From the NCBI RefSeq assembly GCF_000142905.1, contig NW_013657607.1, positions 36,066 through 100,065 of the forward strand: a DNA stretch of 64,000 bases. The letters run 5' to 3'. Positions within the stretch are counted from its first letter, which is position 1. Every line of letters starts with the position of its first letter. Positions 20,557 through 29,300 of the stretch are shown piece by piece. Below the pieces are notes generated by a model. It did not search any database. It had not been told where the DNA came from and saw nothing but the letters and a program-made list of their open reading frames with translations. The translations under genes were made by a program, and so were the position numbers. This DNA is from Thecamonas trahens ATCC 50062 (lineage: Eukaryota; Protista; Apusomonadida).

Positions 20557-23500
20557 CTATGTGCCCATGTCGGCGCTCACGAGAGTCCGGCATAGTACCG
20601 CTATGGCAATTGAAACAGGCGATCGTATGGGCGGCGCGATGAGCTTTGGCTTAGCGGCCTGGGTGAGGGGTGCGTTCGAGGAAGTGCTGCGGACCGTGGC
20701 CGAGTGGATGCCTCCATCGCGCTGTGACACGTGGCGGGCAATGCGGTCGGCAATCGAGGTGGTGCGGTACATGAGCGTCGGAGGCCGGCTAACAGAGTAC
20801 ATCGATGAGGTCTGCGAGAGCGACGACACAGACGACGCGTCCGAGCCAAACTGACCTAGGAGCGCTGGCTTCTGCGGTGGCGAGCTCCCGGTGCGCGAGG
20901 TTTGAACCAAAGTGTCGAGGGCAACCTCTTCGAGCACGTCACCAAGCCGCCCTGTTGACGAAGTTCGGCGCAGGCGCTTGCGCCGCCGGGATCGCTGTGC
21001 CGCCCGTGCTCTCTGCGCCGTCGTGATCCTCTGCTTCGTTCGCTCCAGCACAAGCCGCTGCAGCGACACCTTGCGAGTTTCCGACGTTCCTGAGAAAGAC
21101 GGCAATGACTCCACACCATGCGACCGGATCACCGACGTACTGTATGCATCCGAGAACGAGTCGGATGACTCGGAGCACACACGTGGCTCGCCCCATAGCT
21201 GTGTCGTCTTCTTTGTCGCCAGCCACTCGGGCGATCCGAGTGACGGCGGTTCGCGGAGGGACGGAGGTGTCTCCAGATCCGCCATCGTCGAGTTCAGTCG
21301 CTCTTCGTTGGACTTGGCCGAATCGCAGTGGGACAGCGACTGGTGGTACCACCCACCAACCTGTGACGACTCAAACATGGTCGACGACGACGACGACGAT
21401 AACGACAACGACGATGATGACGTTAACAAAGACTGGCTTGACTTGCCCAGCGGTTCGTGCGTCGATGAGCTGGCACCTGCACCACATCGTGGCTTCTCGC
21501 TCGAGGTATACAGGCCATCGGGCCCTGGACACGTGCGCGAGGCGTGCGAGACGTCGCCTCCGACGTCGTCATCGTGGGTGGTGACAGTGACGGCGACGCC
21601 CGACGCCACAAAGGTCGATGGATACTCCTCGGTCTGAGTTGGGAGCTCGGACGCCGAGCTCCCGTAGTACCGCTCGGATGTGACCGATGAGAGCGAGACG
21701 AGCGAGAAGATGTCAAACTTGACATCGTCGGCCTCGATAAACGAGAACGACGAGATCCATGATGCGATAAGGCCCGGTGGGAGAACCGTCGGCAGCGCCG
21801 CGCGCATCTCGCTGGACATAACAATCTGACCGGGCTCGGCAGCCATGGCGATGGCATCAGCATGGTGCATGCAGTCGCCAATGTAGTGGATGTGATGTGT
21901 GTCCTCGTCGATGGTGTGCATCGGCGAGCAGGCGTGGAGACCAATGCGGACCCGGAGTCCACGCCACACATACTGCAGCAAACCGTACGACGACGAGTTG
22001 CGGGAACGGCGGAGCTGCGACGGGCAGACGTCGTGGGTGAGAATGGGCCGCGGCCAATCGAGCTTGACAAGTGCGTCTTGGATGAGGACCGAGGCCGCGA
22101 CGACGTCCGAGGCAGCAGAAAGAGGAAAGACAAAGACAAACGAGTCACCGTCCGAGTTGGTCTCGTACCCGCCGGCCTGGGCTACAATCTCCCGGATACA
22201 CGAGTCATGCAGCTGCATGGCAACCTCCATCTCGCCCGGCAACTCCTCCCAGAGCGCCGGTGAGCCGTCGACGTCGGTGACCATGACTACAACCCGGCCA
22301 ACAGGTGCATTGGTCATGCGCATCTCCCACATCTCGGACGAGGTCGGGTCAGTTGCTGTCTTGGCCCGCGACCGGGAGAGGAAGATGACGGTGACGGTGG
22401 CAGTGATGAGGCAAGCACAAGCAAAGGTGCTAACAGCCATGGTGGTGGCCAACGCGCCAGAGATTGTGCTGCTGCTGCGTTGCGGGGCGGCGCTCGGCAC
22501 ACACCCATCGTCGCCGCCGCACACCCCACAGACATCAACCACCATGCCCGAGTCCGGCACCATGTCGCATCCCGCACACGATGTCGAGTTCCCCTCGCAC
22601 ACGCCACACTGGTCCTTGGTCGCGCCGTTGGCCCAGCACCGGCCGCACTCATCGCGGGCTGCGTCGCGACCAAAGCACACTCCGCAAGAGTCACGGTTGC
22701 GGTCGCCACCATGGCACACCCCGCAAGTGTCCTTGGCTGCGCCGCCGCCAAAGCAAATCCCGCACTCGTCGCGAAAGACGCCCGGTGCCAGGCCGGTCGT
22801 CCCGCTGACGCACGTCCCGCACTCGTCGAGGAACGCGCTCCCGCCGCAGATGCCGGCGCAGTCGTAGATCGCATGCGGCTCGCCGGGCGCGGCGCATGAC
22901 GAGATGCACGAGCCGATGCCCGAGTGTCCGCCGCACACCCCGCACCCGTCGTAGATAGCACCACCAAGCGGAGTCGGCACACCGTCACATCCGGCACACC
23001 CTGTCCCATCGCCACCGCACACGCCACAAACATCGCGGCGCGCGCTCGAGTGTGGCACGCCGTCGCATCCAGCACACGCCGAGCCATCACCAAAGCACAC
23101 GCCGCACGCATCCTTGGCCGCATTGCCGCCAAAGCACACGCCACAATCATCGAGTGCGGCGTGGCCGCCAAAGCACACGCCGCACGCGTCGAGGTCGGCG
23201 TTGGCAACGCGTCCCGTGCCGGCACCGGCGCACACGCCGCACTCGTCACGGCTCGAGTGTGGCGGACACGGCGCCGGCGCACAGGCCTCAGGCGGTTGAG
23301 GCACATACTCGCCAGTGGATGTGCAGGTGACAGAGATCTGGTCCGGGCCGCTGCCTGGGCCATCGGGCCCATCCAGTGCTTGGCCCGGCTCGCACACCAG
23401 GTCGAGGCTATCGCCAGCAGCCGCGAGCGCCGCACCCGTCAGCGGATTTTGGGCGATCGCGCCACCAGCCAGTGCCAGCTTTGGGCACACCTCGTAGTAG

Positions 23501-24069
23501 GCGACCCGCAGGACAGGCAGCGGGTCGAGAGTGACGACGGCATGATCGCCGGGCGCGCAGTCGGCGCGCAGCACGATCACCAGCCCAGCCTGTAGCCCGC
23601 CGGGCGCGTTCGTGTCGCCATCGCCCAGCAGATCCTGCACTGCCGCGCCGGAGAGAGACACGGCGGCGGCGCCGTCAGCCGTCAGCGGCAGCGAGACGTT
23701 GTGCGGCGGGCCGGCGGGCGTCCAGAGCCACGGATCGGCGGCGGCGGTCCAGGGCGGCAGCGGGGCGGAGGCGGCGGCAGTGACGGAGAGGCCGACGGCG
23801 GCCGAGGCGTTGACGGCAGCCAGAGTGAGGGCCGAGTCCGGGTGGAACCAGCGGTGACCAGTCAATGTCGTGAGTCCGGCCGGGAAGGACACGGCGAGGG
23901 CCACAGCCGTGGCGCACAGGTCGGCGGTGTGCGGGCCAGCGGCGAGCGGCGGGCCGATGGCAGCGGTGGCCGACGGCCCGGCGATGGTGCCAAAGGCGAT
24001 ACGGCGGGTGGCACCGGTGGCAGGGGAGGGGCCGAGGGCGACGAGGAGGAGCGCTACCGCAAGCGCCAT
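20557..24069 (-). CDS. Receptor-type class III nucleotidyl cyclase-like protein (sushi-like module, DxCGVCxG Cys-rich repeats, TM, cyclase, Ser-rich tail)
   Basis: Signal peptide MALAVALLLVALG (ATG 24069). About 15 DxCG[V/I]CxG repeats. TM helix. Cyclase motifs VVVMVTDVDGSPALWE, GGYETNSDGDSFVFVF, WRGLRVRIGLH and GQIVMS. Confidence 0.87.
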   Translation of the reverse strand: MALAVALLLVALGPSPATGATRRIAFGTIAGPSATAAIGPPLAAGPHTADLCATAVALAVSFPAGLTTLTGHRWFHPDSALTLAAVNASAAVGLSVTAAASAPLPPWTAAADPWLWTPAGPPHNVSLPLTADGAAAVSLSGAAVQDLLGDGDTNAPGGLQAGLVIVLRADCAPGDHAVVTLDPLPVLRVAYYEVCPKLALAGGAIAQNPLTGAALAAAGDSLDLVCEPGQALDGPDGPGSGPDQISVTCTSTGEYVPQPPEACAPAPCPPHSSRDECGVCAGAGTGRVANADLDACGVCFGGHAALDDCGVCFGGNAAKDACGVCFGDGSACAGCDGVPHSSARRDVCGVCGGDGTGCAGCDGVPTPLGGAIYDGCGVCGGHSGIGSCISSCAAPGEPHAIYDCAGICGGSAFLDECGTCVSGTTGLAPGVFRDECGICFGGGAAKDTCGVCHGGDRNRDSCGVCFGRDAARDECGRCWANGATKDQCGVCEGNSTSCAGCDMVPDSGMVVDVCGVCGGDDGCVPSAAPQRSSSTISGALATTMAVSTFACACLITATVTVIFLSRSRAKTATDPTSSEMWEMRMTNAPVGRVVVMVTDVDGSPALWEELPGEMEVAMQLHDSCIREIVAQAGGYETNSDGDSFVFVFPLSAASDVVAASVLIQDALVKLDWPRPILTHDVCPSQLRRSRNSSSYGLLQYVWRGLRVRIGLHACSPMHTIDEDTHHIHYIGDCMHHADAIAMAAEPGQIVMSSEMRAALPTVLPPGLIASWISSFSFIEADDVKFDIFSLVSLSSVTSERYYGSSASELPTQTEEYPSTFVASGVAVTVTTHDDDVGGDVSHASRTCPGPDGLYTSSEKPRCGAGASSSTHEPLGKSSQSLLTSSSSLSLSSSSSSTMFESSQVGGWYHQSLSHCDSAKSNEERLNSTMADLETPPSLREPPSLGSPEWLATKKTTQLWGEPRVCSESSDSFSDAYSTSVIRSHGVESLPSFSGTSETRKVSLQRLVLERTKQRITTAQRARAAQRSRRRKRLRRTSSTGRLGDVLEEVALDTLVQTSRTGSSPPQKPALLGQFGSDASSVSSLSQTSSMYSVSRPPTLMYRTTSIADRIARHVSQRDGGIHSATVRSTSSNAPLTQAAKPKLIAPPIRSPVSIAIAVLCRTLVSADMGT

Positions 24070-24439
24070 GGCGGGCCATGGTCGTCGGGGACCGCCTCTG
24101 TATACGCATGATGAGGGCATGGCGTCGGGTGCTCCGTCCCGCCCCGCCTCACTCTCACCCAATGCCGCAGGTGGAACGAGCGGATGAGCAGCGACGGACA
24201 GAACAGTTGGCAGGGAAAAAAACGTTTGTTGACAGATTGTGACCACGTGGGGGGGGGGGGGGGGGGGGGAGCCAATCACGGCGTGCGAGGCTGTCGACGA
24301 GCATGAGCAGGCCACACTGCCGGCCGAGTAGGAGTGTGTTTTATCCTTTGCGGAGTCGCATCAAGTGGCCGAGTCTGTGGCGAGCTGCTGGTCGTCGTGT
24401 GCGGGTGTGTCCGTCTAGAGTCGGTCCGGATCGGCACGG

Positions 24440-25800
24440 GGCTGTCTTTCGCCGCTTCGCGACATCGACGCCATCGAGCGCGACTTGTCGCAGATGCGGA
24501 CACGCAACGGCGAGCTGTTCCAGCAGCTCCAAGATGCGCTCAACAAGATGGACGCAGCGCACGAGCGCGCCCGAGTTGCGCGAGCAACTGGTGGTCACCG
24601 GTGATGCGGTGTAGTCTGCACCCATGGCAGCACGTGCTGGGGCGCAAGGACACGGCGCCTTCTCGACGTGTTGGTGGCTAGTGAGGTAAACACGTCGCGG
24701 CAGGAGATCCGCGCGCCGAACTGGAGGCGTCGATCATGTCGAGCCTCGCGGTGCTTGGCGATGGCGAGCCTGTGGGTGCTGGCGAGGGGAGTGACGGAGG
24801 ACGCGTGGGTGAGGCATCGCATCGCGAGCTGTACCGTAAGCTCGAGCGTATGATGCGCTCGTGGCCGAGCATGATGCGCTGCAGATCAAGCTCCATGCCA
24901 AGTCGCACGAGGCAGTGGTGCTGAGCCGAGCAGCGACGCACTACACCGACGCCCGATTCGAGCGCTGTCCGCGGTGCGTGTTCGCAGTCGACACCGCTGG
25001 CGCGGTGTCGAGTCAGGCCAAGCCGACCGGCCTTGACGGCGAGTGTGGGCGTGGCGCTGACCGTTCATCTACGATCGGAGCACTTCCGCACGCCGCATGT
25101 GGTCACAGCGCGGCTGGTCGTCCATACAGCCGAAGTCCGGCGGGTGCATGGCGAGCCCAAGGCAGTGTCGGTGACGTTTCGTCGCGCGTCGGGCTCGCTG
25201 CCAAACATTGCAGACGATCCCTGCCTCTAAACGACCGGGCCATGATGAAGTTCATGCGGGAGAATTTCGACTACGACGAGTTGTTGACCGAGAGCATCGG
25301 CTGGTCGAAGGCCGTCCGATTCAACAGGCAGACTGCTCTCAAGTTGTGGCGCCCAGCGTTGGAGATGCTGAACACTCTGGCTCGACGCCTCTCTTAGGCT
25401 TCTCATAATTAACGCACTGGCCGTGCATGCCAGCCAGCTGCTGCGTGCCAGTTGGCACGGATATCACGCGTACTTGAGCGATCAGACCACGCAAATGAAC
25501 GGGCGCAGTGGAGAGTCGGCGGGCTCAGCCTTCAGAACCTGTGTCAGCGCAGAGGCAAAGCGCTATCCGGACTCCCCGCTCGAGTCAAAGGCGCGGTACA
25601 TGCGCGAGACAAACTCGACCGCGGCAGCATCACCCCCACCGCCACCAGCCGCTGGCAGTGCAGTGGCCCGACAAAGCCCTTCGTCGACAGCACCTTGGTG
25701 AGGTCAACGCGCGCGCCCTCCTTCGCAATGAGAACAACGTTGCAGACATCGTGGAAAAGCGCCCCCTCCAGCCGACCGACGCTGCCGACGCCGGTTGTGC
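24440..25800 (+). pseudogene. Fragmented coding-like region (coiled-coil fragments and a possible HMG-box-like segment)
   Basis: Protein-like stretches switch frame repeatedly (LRDIDAIERDLSQM..., ELEASIMSSL..., VAEHDALQIKL..., SWHGYHAYLSDQ...AEAKRYPDSPLESKARYMRE). No intact ORF. Confidence 0.35.
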
Positions 25801-25837
25801 GAGCAGGTAAAAGGTGAGAGCAGGATAGATGAGACGC

Positions 25838-26050
25838 AAAAATATTGCAAAAATGAGCCCAAAATGATTAAATATATTCAATATATATATATATATATAT
25901 ATATTGTCATCAATTTAAATATGCATTCATCAATCAAATAATGATAATTTTTTTGAGACTAGATTTATATCAATATATAGTTGAGATTGTAATTGCAAAT
26001 CGAAGTCTCGGGAGAAAAATTTCTTTCTCCTTTCTCGAACCTTTCTTGTC
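25838..26050. promoter_or_regulatory. AT-rich island with (AT)n upstream of the purine-catabolism fusion gene
   Basis: The most AT-rich stretch in a very GC-rich window, about 300-500 bp upstream of ATG 26333. The regulatory role is inferred. Confidence 0.35.
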
Positions 26051-26332
26051 ATCCTCGCAAGGCCTCTTGCCGCCCTACGCACCCGCTACACTCACCAGCT
26101 GCCCACAGCAACGCTAGCCTCTCGCTTCTCACCCTCCCCATCCTGCTACAGCGCAAGCTAGCCATCGGCCCCACCCACCGCGGCCCGGCGGCTGCCCATC
26201 ACAGTCAGCAGCCGAAATTCGACCCGCCACCAACCATCAGACGCCGTTGAGCAGACCACGTGACCGGCACCCCCTCTCTCCCCCTCTCCCTCACACGCAC
26301 GACGCACACGCACGACGCACACGCACACGCAC

Positions 26333-29300
26333 ATGAACTTCCACACGCCGTTTGTCTCGGGCGCAACGCTCCAGGCGCAGCCGCACACACCGTGGCCGGG
26401 CAGCGACCGGCTGGCGTACACGGAGCCGGCCGGCGGCAAGGCGGCCGGCTCGTCGGCGGTGGCGGCGCTGGTCAACGTCACGACGGGCAAGGTGCTGACG
26501 CGGGTGTATGAGGCGGCGGCAGGCGCGCTCCGGGCGGTGCTCGCGGCGCGGGCGGGCGACCGGGCGGCAATCGACCGGTGGACGCGGGCGGCGGCGGCGG
26601 AGAACGCGGCGCGCGGGCTGAGCGTGGGCGACGACGGGTACCTCTCGGTCCTCGGGGTGGGCGCATGCGGGCGGACGCCGCTCGGCCCGCTGGGCGAGGG
26701 CTGGCGGACGGGCGGCGGGGCGCCGGTGGCTCCGCTCCCGCCGCATCTGCGCGGCTTCCACGTGACGCTCTTCGGCCCGCCGGACTCGGCCAAGCTCGCC
26801 GTCAACGCCATGAACGCCGCCGGGCGCAAGCTGCCGGGCGAGCCGGCGCTGGTGGCCGAGCTCGTCGCCGCCGCGGGCATGGTCCCCAAGTGGGGCGCCG
26901 ACGACGAAGACTCCAAGACGCCGCTCTTTGGCGACCTTGCCGCCGCGGCGCACCACCTCAATGCGTGCTTTGACGGCAGCCTGGAGACGACCGACGCGGC
27001 GTCGGGCAAGCACTACGCCATCGCGCCGGCCGAGCCGGCTGCGGGCGTCTTCCCCTCGCTGCCCATCAAGCGCATCCCGGGGCTGGACCTGCCGTGCCTC
27101 GCCGTGACCATTGCTGACGAGGCGGCTGCCGGTGGCCGTGACACGGTCCCGTTGCACATGCTCGACCTGGTGGCGCACGTGGTGGCCAACGCGCACCGGC
27201 CCGAGGCGCTCACCTTTTACGTGCCCAAGCTGGAGAATGAGGAAGAGGCCGCGTACCTCTCTCTGCTCATCGGCGCGGTGGAGGAGGCCATTGTGGCCCT
27301 CGGCGTGGCGCCCGACTACGTTCCGGGCACCATCCGCGTCATCCTCGTCCTGGAGAACCCGCGGGCGGTCTTCCGCGTCCACGAGATGATGGATGCGCTG
27401 TACCCGTACTTTGCCGGCGCCTCGCTCGGCTGGCACGACTACCTCGCGTCGACGGCGCGCCTCTTTGCCCACGACCCGCAGTACTCCATCCCGGTCAAGG
27501 CCGACCCGGACATTGTCATCAAGCACATCAAGGAGTCGCACGTCATGCTCGCCGACGTCGTCGGTGCTCGCGGCGGGCTCAAGATCGGCGGCATGTACGG
27601 CATTCTCCCGTCGTCGCGCGAGCTGGCCGATCCGTCCATGCAGGTTACCCTCATCGGCTACGTCCGCGACGTGGTGACCCAGCTCAAGCGCGGGCTCGAC
27701 GGCTTCTGGGTCGCCCATCCCGACTTTGTCCGCATCGGCATCGCCATTGTCCAGGCGTGGCGGAGCGACGCGCTCCCCGCCCTCATCTCGGCCCTCATCC
27801 TGGACCCGGCGTCGGCTGCCGAGCTGGAGGCCTTTGTGGCCGGGCCGGACATCGACGGCCTCGCGGTGGACGACCCCAAGTACCCGCGCGCCCTCCTTGC
27901 CGCCGACGTCGGCGTCTCCAACGTTGTGGCCAACTCAGACGAGGCCGAAGTCCGGTACAACATCTTCCAGGCCCTGCAGTACCTCGCCGACTGGCTGGTG
28001 GGCAACGGGTGCGTGGCGCTGCCGACAACTGTCCGCGGCGTCGCCGTCCGGGTCATGGACGACCTCGCCACGACCGAGCGCTCGCGGTGGGAGCTCTGGG
28101 CCGAGCTCTTTCACGGCCGCGTCGACGTCTACGACTACCTCCGCTTTGTGGAGGAGGAGCTCAACTACATCCGCCGCGACAAGACCGACGGCCTCAAGGC
28201 TGTCCAGGTCAAGTGGGCCCGCGCCGAGAAGTGGTACCCAGTCGCCGCCAACATTCTTCTCCTCCTCACCCTGCCCACGCCCGACGGCTCCATCATCGAG
28301 TTTGCGCCGCGCCTTCTCCTGCCGTTTACCCTCGACGCGGTGCGGAGCGCGGCCGATCCGTGGGCGGCGGCCACGGCGCTCGAGCCGGCCAAGTTTGCGC
28401 TCCCGGCCCGGGTCCTCCGCTGGCGCACTCTCTTTGCCGCCATCGCCCACCCGCGCCTTGCGCTCGCCTTTTCGCACACCAACTTTCCCGATGCCGGCCG
28501 TGTCGCGGCCTACCTCCTCGACGAGCCGGATACTCGGCTGACGGTCGACGACGTCATCTACGCCGCCGACTTTCACGGCGACATCGGAGCTGCCGCCCGT
28601 GCGGCCGCTCACGAGCAGGCCGAGCAGGCGGGAGTCGCCGGCTCGGGCCTCGAGGGCGAGCTTGTGGCCGGCGCTGAGGCGTACGCCGCCAAGTACGGCT
28701 TCAAGTTCCTCATCTCGGCTGCTGGCAAGTCGGGCGCCGAGCTCCTCGCTGAGCTCAACACCCGCCTCCACGACTCGAGCCCCGAGGCCGAGCTTGCAGA
28801 GGCCTCGGCGCAGCTCACCGCCATTGCACTCCGCCGGCTCCGCGGCGACGACTCGGTCTCGGCGTCGACGGCCGAGTGGCTTGTGGCGCTCGCTGGGTCG
28901 CACGGCGTCGAGTCTGTTGGCTACGCCTGCCTCTCGCGCGGCGACACGCTCCTGGAGCCGCCGACTGCCGCTGCCGAGTCGATGATCAAGCACTCGGTGC
29001 TTGAGGTTGTGGCGTCGCGGAGCGATCTCGAGTGGCGGGCGCCGCTGCCACAGGTGGTCGAGGCGCAGACGGTGGTGGCTGGTGCGTCGGCATGCCCGAC
29101 CTCGTCGCTCTTCCAGATGGCCTCGATGTCCAAGACACTTGGCACCGCGCTTGCACTCGAGTACTTTGTGGGCACGGCCTCACGGTTCCTGCCGAACGCC
29201 GTGCCGGTTGTGGGCTTTGGCCTCGAGACGCCGGTGGCGGCGATGCTCGCCGCCTGCGGCTCGCCGTTTGTCCTCGAGCTCGACGAGAGTGTGCCAGGCG

